From positions 1-11,567 of the forward strand of contig NW_021826956.1 of assembly GCF_006345805.1 (NCBI RefSeq): 11,567 nucleotides of DNA, written 5' to 3'. The stretch's first letter is position 1, and each line of letters begins with the position of its first letter. Position numbers and translations under genes: made by a program. Shown one piece after another: positions 1-9,571 of this stretch. The notes under the pieces are model-generated. The model saw nothing but the letters and a program-made list of their open reading frames with translations, had not been told where the DNA came from and did no database searches. The DNA is from Octopus sinensis (taxonomy: Eukaryota).

Positions 1-169
1 TGATAAGATAATCACGTTTCCCGCCGTTTCACGGCGTTAAGTATTTCAAAGAATTCATCTGGGTGAGCTGGTCTTTCGCACGCCGACCCCCATTCGATCC
101 CTTGGTTATTATCGATCCTCTGTAATTGCTCACCGACCACTAGGAGCTCCCTCGTACCCTCTTTGCTGA

Positions 170-282
170 GCCCTGGGTAAAGGTGTTGCACTCACTATCT
201 AGCGATTGCTGTTTCGATTTCTGGACCGGGTGGTGCGTTGTGTTCTTGAGCAACACACTTCATCTCACGTTGCTTTGCGACC
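170..282 (+). mobile_element. Degenerate, 3'-truncated tRNA-derived SINE
   Basis: B-box-like GTTTCGATTTCTGGACC followed by GGGTGGTGCGTTGTGTTCTTGAGCAACACAC, resembling the head of the SINE at 5541 (GTTTCGATTCCCAGACCGGGCGTTGTGAGTGTTTATTGAGCGAAAACAC). Boundaries approximate. Confidence 0.6.
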
Positions 283-307
283 ACACCGTGAGGGAGAGAG
301 AGAGACA

Positions 308-320
308 TTATATATATACA

Positions 321-359
<39 letters not shown>
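308..359. repeat. (TA)n microsatellite
   Basis: Direct reading; abuts the hammerhead element. Confidence 0.95.
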
Positions 360-360
<1 letters not shown>

Positions 361-361
361 T

Positions 362-844
362 ACATTCGACTCACTAGAAAGAGCAGCCAAAACTCATACC
401 GCTAAATAGTTGTAATTCTGAAATAGAAAGAGAAATAAAAACGTTTACCCCCTTCATCTCTGGACTATGCATAGTTTCGGCAAAACTTTGACAAATGAAT
501 TAATTAAATTAAATTAAATTCATTTACATCTGGCGTGCCTCGTCAGCAGAGAGCCTAGGACGAGTATATGTCCACGAGGCTATGGTAAAGAAGCCTCCAG
601 TCACATATGCACTAAATTTTCAAATCTTACCGCAATCGCGCAGTCTACTCAGCAGCAAATATAAACTGCTGATTTAATTTCAAAATTAGCCTAAAAATCA
701 TTAATTAATAAATATAAGGGTAGCCAAAAATTCTTGTTGAATGTATATTATATAGTCTTTGACTATTTTTTCTTTCTCACTAGACCGCTGGTAGCGGAAA
801 ATTTTTTCTAGAATTTTTTGCTACCCTTATATTTATTAATTAAT
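362..844 (-). mobile_element. Hammerhead-bearing non-coding element (retrozyme/Penelope pLTR-like), version A, with an inverted terminal segment
   Basis: Colinear similarity to 9353-9832 (AGAAAGAGCAGCCA, TTTACCC, CACGAGGC, GCAGCAAAT, AGGGTAGC, TAGTCTTTGACTA). Contains a hammerhead on the - strand. 35-bp inverted repeat 700-734/810-844. Both flanks are (TA)n. Confidence 0.8.
457..552 (-). ncRNA. Type I hammerhead ribozyme
   Basis: Minus strand: stem I UCUCUG - core CUGACGA (546-540) - stem II GGCA...UGCC (~61 nt) - GAA - palindromic stem III ACUAUGCAUAGU - C - stem I' CAGAGA. GUC triplet; predicted cleavage between 463 and 462. Confidence 0.9.
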
Positions 845-1229
845 ATATATATATATACATACAATCAAGGTCCCACCAGACGGCCACTTTAATATATTTG
901 ACTTTTTGAATAGTGGAAACATAAATGTTGTCTTCTGTGGTCGAAATATTTTGAGAAAGAATTGGTTTTTGGCACATTTAAATAATTTCAGGGAAAGCTA
1001 CAACTATGTTTTGTTAATAATTTAGAAAGAATTCATATAATTATGGTCCTAAAAACATATGCCGGCATCTTCATCACAAAAGTCAGAATGAGGGGCAGAA
1101 CGTTCTGAGTTTCGGCGATACATCTCATTGCTTTTGTTTTATTGATTTATCTTTTATCGAATACTTTCCTTTATTTTATTCATTCCTCCTATATTTTATT
1201 TTTCTTCTCTTTGGAGCAAGACGTGTATG

Positions 1230-1700
1230 AAGTTAGGAAATGCTTCTGGGTGTTTCTCCAACCAGAAATCAATTGCCTCAATACCATATTCATATGGAAT
1301 GTTGGTATAGAGGTTGGTATAGAGTAAGGCGGCGAGCTGGCAGAAACGTTAGCACGCCGGGCGAAATGCTTAGCGGTATTTCGTCTGCGTTACGTTGTGA
1401 GTTCAAATTCCGCCGAGGTCGACTTTGCCTTTCATCCTTTCGGGGTCGATAAATTAAGTACCAGTTACGAACTGGGGTCGATGTAATCGACTTATTACCT
1501 ATGTCTGTCCTTGCTTGTCCCCTCTGTGTTTAGCCCCTTGTGGGTAATAAAGAAATAGGTATAGAGGTTGATAACATCAAAGGAAACCAAGAATGCCTCC
1601 CCGTTGGTTGTTTTCGGGAGGTGCTTGAGCATACCGAGATCATCTCTAATGAAACTTTTCATGTGACTGAGGAAAGGATTCAAAAGGATGTCCAGGGGCA
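1230..1700 (-). pseudogene. Penelope-like retroelement reverse transcriptase fragment, interrupted by a SINE
   Basis: Removing the insertion and one TSD copy restores one frame: LDILLNPFLSHMKSFIRDDLGMLKHLPKTTNGEAFLVSFDVINLYT|NIPYEYGIEAIDFWLEKHPE. SFDVxxLYTNIP is the PLE/telomerase-type RT motif A region. Confidence 0.85.
1326..1557 (+). mobile_element. tRNA-derived SINE with Meta-like central domain
   Basis: A-box-like TGGCAGAAACGTTAG, B-box GAGTTCAAATTCC, domain GACTTTGCCTTTCATCCTTTCGGGGTCGATAAATTAAGTACC, A-rich tail. 13-bp TSD GGTATAGAGGTTG at 1304-1316 and 1558-1570. Confidence 0.9.
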
Positions 1701-1845
1701 AAACGTGGATAAATCACCATGGAATAGGATGACACGTTTATTTAATGTTAAAATAGAAGAAGGAAACACAAGACTCTTCAGTACATAGCTCATCTTTTCC
1801 TTAACATGATTAAAGTTCACATAAACTTTACTAAATTTCCTTTAA

Positions 1846-2400
1846 CCCCTTACCCAACAATTACTTTGAAAATAAATGTATTTTTTCAGACATATTTTTT
1901 AATTGTTTTGGGGTATATTTCAAACCTTATTTATTATGAATTTTAATTCAATAATATTGATTTAAATTACCGCTTGGGCAGAAACGAGTTACCCGGTTTT
2001 TCATAAATCATATTACTTTTAACAAAAATCATGTTATTTTATTTGGTTATCGACATGGTGGGGTTATAATATAAAGATATAAAAAAAAACAACGTAAAAA
2101 CAAAGTGAATACTTCTATTCATAAAATGTGCCTTCCAACCCTTCGACTGTCTCCAGGTGACTAAATCATACTCGGTCTTCAATGCCTTACTCAAGCGAAA
2201 GGTGGCAGAAATCGTCACTGCCAGACGTATAAAGTGAGCGAATATACTCGTATATGTCAAAAAAGAGTTTACAATAGACAAAGGAACTCGTTTGCTGTCG
2301 ATTTTGGCGAGTCTATCTTTTGACGAGCTAACTCGCCAGAGATAGAAAAAAAAAACGATTTCGGTCAAAACGCATATATTCGTTTCTGCCGGGTAAGGGG
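1846..2400. mobile_element. piggyBac-like non-autonomous element (MITE)
   Basis: TTAA at 1842-1845 and 2401-2404. TIR CCCCTTACCC / GGGTAAGGGG. Internal inverted repeat GGCAGAAACGA (1977-1987) / TCGTTTCTGCC (2380-2390). No transposase recognised. Confidence 0.75.
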
Positions 2401-2751
2401 TTAAAAAAACTACTGTAAAACATTAACTTTTGCTACGAATATTTTGGTTCATGAAGAGCGATTTCTGTCTATATTTAAAGTATTCGCATTTTCTGGCCAT
2501 TCACATTTAATGACGCATTGAAATAAAGGTTTGCACGGTTCCAAGATTCCTCTTCAGAATTAACCGGATATGTCTTTACTAAAGATATTCACAAATAATG
2601 ATTATTAAGTTATTTGGATTTAAGAGGAGACGGGGAAATTTGTGTTAATGTACTTTATTTTCCCGTTACATTTATTATAAAGACAATAAGTTCCGGTGGT
2701 TGAATCTAGAGCTGTTCGCCTTGTGTGTGCAGGCGAGCATGCGTCGTGTTG

Positions 2752-2989
2752 TATGTATATATACATACATACATACATATATATATATACATACATGCAT
2801 ATATATACATACATATATGTATATACATACATACATATATATATACATGCATACATATATATATACACATACATACATATATATATACACATACATACAT
2901 ATATATATACACATACATACATATATATATACACATACATCATATATATACATACATACATATATACATACATACATATATATACATAC

Positions 2990-3045
<56 letters not shown>

Positions 3046-3235
3046 ATATAAGTATACATCAACGTACATCATACACAGGACACACTTCCGCTAATACACT
3101 CAGACATATATACATACTTACAAATGTATCAAATGTATGTATGTATATATGTATATATGTATATAGATATATATACATACATGCATACATATATATATGC
3201 ATGTATGTATATATATATATATACATATATATGTA
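2752..3235. repeat. Compound (TA)n/(TACA)n microsatellite region
   Basis: Direct reading; explains the Y/I/H/T- and M/Y/V/C-rich ORFs. Confidence 0.95.
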
Positions 3236-3397
3236 GACGAGCAACGCCTTTATATTGTTATATCGTTTACACAGTAGACACGCAGCAAAATTATATTTAC
3301 GTATTTGTAACTCATACATCAATATATGGATTACGTCATAGGACTAAAACCGTCGTCCCCATCGTCATTATGTATGCTTATAAGTTTATGGATGAAT

Positions 3398-3638
3398 ATG
3401 TATATATTATATATATATATATACACACACACAAATATATACATAGATAGATTATATAATAGATTGAATATATATATATAATATATATATATACAATAGA
3501 TGCATATAGATATATAGAATAGATTGATATATATAATATAATATATATATATATTATATATATATATATATAATATACAAATAGATAGATAGCTTATAGA
3601 TAGATTTTAAATATATATATATGTACAAATAGATTGAT

Positions 3639-3730
<92 letters not shown>
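3398..3730. repeat. Degenerate (TA)n/(GATA)n ending in a pure (GATA)n array (3639-3730)
   Basis: Direct reading. Confidence 0.95.
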
Positions 3731-3732
<2 letters not shown>

Positions 3733-4215
3733 GCGTATATTTATCCGCACATATGCCTAACTAAAAGTAATTCAGTAATATAGAAGTATAAATTTGCAAG
3801 GACACATCATAACTATATTACAAATGTAAAAAAAAAAGAAAAGAAAAGAATTACCTGGATGCAGACTGGTGTTAAATAAGGTGTAGGAAATAGAACAGTG
3901 CTAAATGCACAATCATTAACGGACATCCGAGTGTAATAAACGCTTCTTTTATATTAAATGTATATGGATATAATTTCTTCATCAAAGACAAAATTCTTTC
4001 ATGTTAGACTTAGTTAAAGGTAATGCACAAATAAAAGAGCATGGAATGATATTTGGTTGATGATAAATGTTATATAAATCAGTCAGCGCTGGTAATAGCA
4101 GAAAATTATTCCATATTCAGGGAATATTGTATTTAGATGTGTTTGAACATATGTAAAATATACGGAAATTATTCGGAGAAAATACGTAGGAATAACTGTA
4201 GTATCATGTATAATA

Positions 4216-4336
4216 TAGATAGATAGATAGATAGATATCAGGCAGACAGAAAGAAAGATAGATAGATATACAGATAGATAGACTGACGGACAGACAGACA
4301 TATAGATAGATAGACAGATATATATATATATATATA
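4216..4336. repeat. Degenerate (GATA/GACA)n plus (TA)n
   Basis: Direct reading. Confidence 0.9.
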
Positions 4337-4530
4337 AAGTTAATCCAAACAAGAAAACACAAAAAAACACAACAACGTGAGGACATGGAACAAATATAGT
4401 ATTATTGGACGCTCAGGAAAGAAGGGAAGAAGGAGGATATAACGTTTCGAGCGGAGCTCTTCGTCGGAAGCACAGGAGAAGGAAAGATCCCAAGAAGGGA
4501 AGACAGAGGAAAAAAATCGCCAACGTATCA
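4337..4530 (-). mobile_element. Short non-coding repeat with minimal hammerhead-like core (family B, copy 1)
   Basis: Minus strand CCGACGA-A-GAGC-UCC-GCUC-GAAACGUU (4467-4441). Downstream blocks TTCCTGAGCGT, TAATAC, TTTGTT, CATGTC are shared with 11320-11503. Ends in (TA)n. Confidence 0.55.
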
Positions 4531-4533
4531 ATG

Positions 4534-4678
4534 TATCTCTCTCTGTCTTTCTCTTACTCCCTCTCTTTTCTTCTCACTCGCGTTCTCTCTCTCTCTCTTT
4601 CTCCCTCTATCTATCTATCTATCTATCTATTTATCTGCCTATCCGTCTGTCTACCAGACTGCTCGTCTGCCTATCTAT
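4534..4678. repeat. (CT)n/(TATC)n low-complexity tract
   Basis: Direct reading. Confidence 0.85.
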
Positions 4679-5008
4679 TCAACAAACACATATACCAATG
4701 TATAGTAGCGGACAAAAAAAAAAGAGAACAATAAATATTTATTTTTAAATGTCGGAAAAGCTAGTGAACGTACAAATTTGTAATTTCTTTAGTAAAATCG
4801 GTTCATCATTAACTAAATTTTCTGAAAAATTTACGTTTGTACAATAGTCTTAATAAAAGTTAATAATTCTAACACTAGTTTCGTCCAAATGTCTCATGTG
4901 CAAAATAAGAACGATTAGATTCCTTTAGAGATTTCTGGAAATTTCGAATATTGTTTACAACTGAGACTCAACGCTACTACCGTCTCAGTATCGTGCTAGC
5001 TTCCGAAC

Positions 5009-5526
5009 ATGACACACCACGCTAAAGTTTCCTCCCGACCTCCGAAAAGAAATTGTGAGGATGAAAGTTTCAGGAATTACTCCCTTGGCTATTTCACGAG
5101 ATGTAAGGAGATCTGGGAGTGTAGTTTCACGTGTTCTTAAGCCCTATGAAGAAACTAAAGGTTTTGAACCGAAAGAGGTAACTGGTAGACAACGCAAAAC
5201 TACCATGCGAGATGATCGAGCCTCGAAAGGTACTATTAAATGATTCTTTCGAGATTGCGAAAGCGTGTCACTGGATTCTTTAGTGAACAAAATATCCAAG
5301 CAATGAAGTGGTCAGCACAAAGTTCAGAAATGAATCCAATTGAAAACCTTTGGAAGATATTTGGAGACAAAGTAACACAAAGGGCACCAACTACGACGAC
5401 GAATTTATGGAGATATTAGAAGAGAAATGGAAGAAAGTAACACCTGACTTGTGCAGGAAACTTATGTCCTGTGGCAATCGATGTGCAGATGTGATCTCCA
5501 ACAAAGTTCTACAAATATTATACTAA
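5009..5526 (+). pseudogene. Tc1-family transposase pseudogene
   Basis: N-terminal HTH region with GRQRKTTMRDDR (GRPRKT motif), joined after ~5245 to WSAQSSEMNPIENLW (5309-5353; WPxQSPDLNPIENLW motif) and a LEEKWKKVTPDLCRKL..RCADVI tail. Frameshifted; middle of the DDE domain missing. Confidence 0.9.
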
Positions 5527-5540
5527 CTGTATTTTCAATT

Positions 5541-5927
5541 GTGGAGGCGCAATGGCCCAGTGGTTAGGGCAGCGGACTCGCGGTCGTAGGATCGCAGTTT
5601 CGATTCCCAGACCGGGCGTTGTGAGTGTTTATTGAGCGAAAACACCTAAAGCTCCAAGAGGCTCCGGCAGGGGATGCTGGTGATCCCTGCTGTACTCTTT
5701 CACCACAACCTTCTCTCACTCTTACTTCCTGTTTCTGTTGTACCTGTATTTCAAAGGGCCGGCCTTGTCACTCTCTGTGTCACGCTGAATATCCCCGAGA
5801 ACTACGTTAAGGGTACACGTGTCTGTGGAGTGCTCAGCCACTTACACGTTAATTTCACGAGCAAGCTGTTCCGTTGATTCGGATCAACCGGAACCCTCGT
5901 CGTCGTAACCGACGGAGTGCTTCCCAC
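5541..5927 (+). mobile_element. Full-length tRNA-derived SINE nested in the Tc1 element
   Basis: A-box TGGCCCAGTGG, B-box GTTTCGATTCCC. 10-bp TSD ATTTTCAATT at 5531-5540 and 5928-5937. Confidence 0.92.
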
Positions 5928-6490
5928 ATTTTCAATTATTATTATGGTTTGGAGTTAATTGAAGCATTTTTTTGGTACGATCGTTCTCTTATTTTGCACA
6001 AGAGACATTTGGACGAAAATAGTGTTAGTGTTATTAACTTTTATTAAGACCATTTGCAAAATCAGATTTTTTACAGAATTTAGCTAATGGTTAACCGTAT
6101 TTAGAAAACCAATTACAAATTTGTACGTTTACTAGCTTTTCCGCAATTTAAAAAAGATATTAATCGTTCGCTTTTTTTTTTTTTGCTCGATACCGTATGT
6201 GGCCATATTTTTTACTAACAGCTTTACTCAGCTCCATGTGTACGTGAATATGTGTTCATTCATCTAAGTATGTATGTATGTGTGTATGTGTGTGTTTGCG
6301 TATACTTAAGCTGAAACTATATAAAACCGCAAATGATAAGTAAAGGGGCAGAACAACAAGCGCGCATAAACCAATTTATAACGGAACATACATGTCTGTG
6401 ATAATCAAGAAATTATATCCAAACCATAATTTTGGTCGTTCGTATAACTGAAATAAACATGTGATATCAAAAAATAAATAAATAAATAAA

Positions 6491-7710
6491 GGCGCAGGAG
6501 TGGCTGTGTGGTAAGTAGCTTGCTAACCAACCACATGGTTCCGGGTTCAGTCCCACTGCGAGGCATCTTGGGCAAGTGTCTTCTGCTATGGCCCCGGGCC
6601 GACCAATGCCTTGTGAGTGGATTTGGTAGACGGAAACTGAAAGAAGCCTGTCGTATATATGTATATATATATATATGTGTGTATGTGTTTGGTGTCTGTG
6701 TTGTCCCCCTAGCATTGCTTGACAACCGATGCTGGTGTGTTTATGCCCACGTTACTTAGCGGTTCGACAAAAGTGACCGATAGAATAAGTACTGGGCTTA
6801 GAAAAGAATAAGTCCCGGGGTCGATTTGCTCGATTAAAGGCGGTGCTCCAGCATGGCCGCAGTCAAATGACTGAAACAATTAAAAGAGTACGTAGGCGCA
6901 GGAGTGGCTGTGTGGTAAGTAGCTTGCTAACCAATCACATTGTTCCGGGTTCAGTCCCACTGCGTGGCACCTTGGGCAAGTGTATTCTGCTATAGCCCCG
7001 GGCCGACCAATGCCTTGTGAGTGGATTTGGTAGACGGAAACTGAAAGAAGCCTGTCGTATATATGTATATATATATATATGTGTGTATGTGTTTGTGTGT
7101 CTGTGTTTGTCCCCCTAGCATTGCTTGACAACCGATGCTGGTGTGTTTATGCCCACGTTACTTAGCGGTTCGACAAAAGTGACCGATAGAGTAAGTACTG
7201 GGCTTAGAAAAGAATAAGTCCCGGGGTCGATTTGCTCGATTAAAGGCGGTGCTCCAGCATGGCCGCAGTCAAATGACTGAAACAATTAAAAGAGTACGTA
7301 GGCGCAGGAGTGGCTGTGTGGTAAGTAGCTTGCTACCCAATCACATTGTTCCGGGTTCAGTCCCACTGCGTGGCACCTTGGGCAAGTGTATTCGCTATAG
7401 CCCCGGGCCTACCAATGCCTTGTGAGTGGATTTGGTAGACGGAAACTGAAAGAAGCCTGTCGTATATATGTATATATATTATATGTGTGTGTGTGTTTGT
7501 GTGTCTGTGTTTGTCCCCCTAGCATTGCTTGACAACCGATGCTGGTGTGTTTACGTCCCCGTCACTTAGCGGTTCAGCAAAAAGAGACCGATAGAATAAG
7601 TACTGGGCTTACAAAGAATAAGTCCCGGGGTCGATTTGCTCGACTAAAAAAGGCGGTGCTCCAGCATGGCCGCAGTCAAATGACTGAAAAGAGTAAAGAG
7701 TAAATAGAGT
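6491..7710 (+). mobile_element. Head-to-tail trimer of a ~405-bp tRNA-derived SINE (units start 6491, 6895, 7301)
   Basis: A-box TGGCTGTGTGG, B-box GGTTCAGTCCC, CORE-like CTTGGGCAAGTG, internal (TA)(TG) microsatellite. The 3' GGGGTCGAT block is shared with the SINE at 1326. Flanked by AAATAAATAAATAAATAAA at 6472-6490 and 7711-7729. Confidence 0.92.
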
Positions 7711-7794
7711 AAATAAATAAATAAATAAAGACAAAACGGAGGAGAATTTGGCGTTTCGTGTAATTTCATTCATGAAAGAGTGAAAGAAGAAGAA

Positions 7795-8143
7795 TCACGC
7801 ATGCGCTTGCGGTGGTTTCGCCATGCATGTAAGCGTCAGGTGGGTGAACTGAGCCGTGATGTCCTTCTCCCAACTCCACTTCCCAACTGGCAGAAACGCG
7901 CGGCGGGCAGGCAGCTGAAGACCTGGGTTACGACGATCAAGGAGGACCTCTCCGTGCTCACGGACCACAGGACCACAGGTGGTCGGCCTGCACCGATAGA
8001 ACCGTGACTGGCTCGCTATCTCCAGTGAACTGGCGCAGGACCGTCGTGCGTGGGCTGCCATGGTTCGAGATGCCTCGAGGGTGGTAGAAGAAGCCGACTC
8101 AACCCGCCCAGGGTGAATGTCGCCACAAGTACAAGTACAAGTA
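7795..8143 (+). mobile_element. 5'-truncated LINE 3' end, probably RTE clade
   Basis: RLRWFRHACKR...GRQLKTWVTTIKEDL, then after an 8-nt duplication (GGACCACA x2) DWLAISSELAQDRRAWAAMVRDA..PG* (stop 8114-8116). Very short 3' UTR and (CAAGTA)3 tail at 8126-8143. GC-rich relative to flanks. Confidence 0.8.
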
Positions 8144-8152
8144 CACATGCAC

Positions 8153-8285
8153 TTGTGTAGAAAGAAGCTTGTTTCTCAACCACGTTGTTCCGGTTTCATT
8201 TCCAATGCATGGCACCTTGGGCTAGTGTCTTCTACTATAGCCTCAGTCCAACCCAAGCCTACTGACTGGAATTGGTAGGCGAAAA
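8153..8285 (+). mobile_element. Old truncated relative of the 6491 SINE
   Basis: CAACCACGTTGTTCCGGTTTCA..GGCACCTTGGGCTAGTGTCTTCTACTATAGCC..TGGAATTGGTAGGCG aligns by eye to the SINE 5' half. Confidence 0.8.
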
Positions 8286-8374
8286 ATATATATATATATA
8301 TATATAATATATATATATAATATATATATATATGTATGTATGTATATATGTATATATATGTATATATATGTATA

Positions 8375-8432
<58 letters not shown>

Positions 8433-8452
8433 ATATATGTTATTCTATATAT

Positions 8453-8538
<86 letters not shown>

Positions 8539-8547
8539 TATATATAT
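8286..8547. repeat. Long imperfect (TA)n microsatellite
   Basis: Direct reading. Confidence 0.95.
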
Positions 8548-8848
8548 GTGGGGGGGTTATCAATTTGTGAAAATGATGGCAATAAAACAATAACGGTGGT
8601 GACAACGATGGGTGTCAAGAATAACTACCACGATGGTAACACTGGTGAACACATAAACACAGTGAGATACAGGAACTGTACAAAGTTTCGGGTCCTTGGA
8701 CAGTAGCAGCCCAATGGATGAGAGGATGGGGCTGAGTGGACTGACATAATGTTGCTAAGAACAATGACACACACACAAGAATACACACACAGACATACAT
8801 TCTCATACACACACACACACACGATCACGGACGCAAATAAGGATACAT

Positions 8849-9135
8849 ATCCATTATGACAATTGCAGCCTTTATCTGCTTCTTTAATTATAATTGTGCT
8901 ATTATTTTCTAGAGTTGAAGTGTAGACTTGTCTGATTTGTTAATATTTGGTGTAACATTAGTGTTGCGTCTAAGAGGAAATTTAGACAGGATATCAATGT
9001 ATCGGTCGATATAGATGTTTCTTCCATTTGGTGGGTGAATTTTGATTTATTCCTTACTACGGATTCACCAATCTCTCTATTTTTATCGGCAAAGAATTCG
9101 ACAAGTCGTAACTTCCGACGGAATTTTTTGAAAGA
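8849..9135 (-). pseudogene. Penelope-like retroelement ORF fragment (N-terminal region to the DKG motif)
   Basis: Frameshifted minus-strand reading FRRKLRLVEFFADK..ESVVRNKSKFT / PNGRNIYIDRYID..PNINK / LENNSTIIIKEADKG / AIVIMD. IxxADKGxxxVIMD is the conserved PLE DKG motif upstream of the RT core (DKG at 8876-8868). Confidence 0.85.
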
Positions 9136-9243
9136 TATACATATATAAATATATAGATGGATAGATAGATAGATGTGTGTGTGTGTGCGCGTGCTTATTT
9201 GTGTGTATATATGCATATATTTATGTACACACTTACATATAAT

Positions 9244-9275
<32 letters not shown>

Positions 9276-9352
9276 GCCAACCACACACACACACACCACA
9301 CACACAACAACACACACACACCACACACCACACACACACATATATATAATAT
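9136..9352. repeat. Compound (TA)/(GATA)/(TG)/(CA) microsatellites
   Basis: Direct reading. Confidence 0.9.
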
Positions 9353-9571
9353 ATTAATCAATTTAGGGTAGCAAAAATTCAGTAAAAATTTATCGCTACC
9401 ACGGCCTAATGGAAAAGAGAAAATAGTCAAAGACTAAATATGTATAAATATAACAATTTAGGAATGGCCTAAACAGGCCATTCGTCCACCAGAAAGAGCA
9501 GCCATAACTCCAACCGCCAAGTAGTGTAATTCGGAAATAAGGTGAAATTTAAAAACATTTACCCTAATTCA

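Larger units (their letters stand above)
4703..6195 (+). mobile_element. Tc1/mariner DNA transposon, long-TIR (IR/DR-like), internally deleted
   Basis: Diverged ~213-bp TIRs 4703-4915 and 5980-6195 (e.g. TTCGTCCAAATGTCTC/GAGACATTTGGACGAA; GGAAAAGCTAGT/ACTAGCTTTTCC). TA flanks at 4701-4702 and 6196-6197. Inner and outer direct repeats within each TIR. Transposase remnants inside. Confidence 0.9.

Noticed and set aside
1062-1132. Minus-strand GCCGAAACUCAGAACGUUCUG with nearby CAAUGA/UGAUGA
   Set aside because: Hammerhead-like fragments with a palindrome, but no intact CUGANGA in the right order, no NUH closure and no stem I. At most a decayed relic.
2039-2368. 109-aa minus-strand ORF inside the piggyBac-like MITE
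   Set aside because: No transposase or other recognisable motif; likely a chance ORF.
2620-3450. Cluster of 76-178 aa ORFs rich in Y/I/H/T/M/C (likewise at 183-409, 4083-4386, 8243-8605, 9175-9430, 10175-10390, 10724-11337)
   Set aside because: Translations of TA/TACA/GATA/CA microsatellites, which lack stop codons; no coding signal.
3849-3985. Possible minus-strand exon ending CAG|GTAATT, with a hydrophobic reading (MIVHLALFYFLHLI*)
   Set aside because: In-frame stop, no recognisable homology and no partner exon. Needs RNA-seq.
5544-5616. tRNA-like sequence
   Set aside because: It is the head of a TSD-flanked SINE; the cloverleaf is imperfect and continues into a ~310-bp body.
6405-7131. 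Repeated ORFs (MSSNARGT...) and a regular ~405-bp periodicity
   Set aside because: Antisense translations of SINE units. Not a gene family or CRISPR array, as there are no unique spacers.
8672-8715. Minus-strand GGG...CCC-GAAAC-UUUGUACA-GUU half-hammerhead
   Set aside because: No CUGANGA core upstream of the putative stem II.
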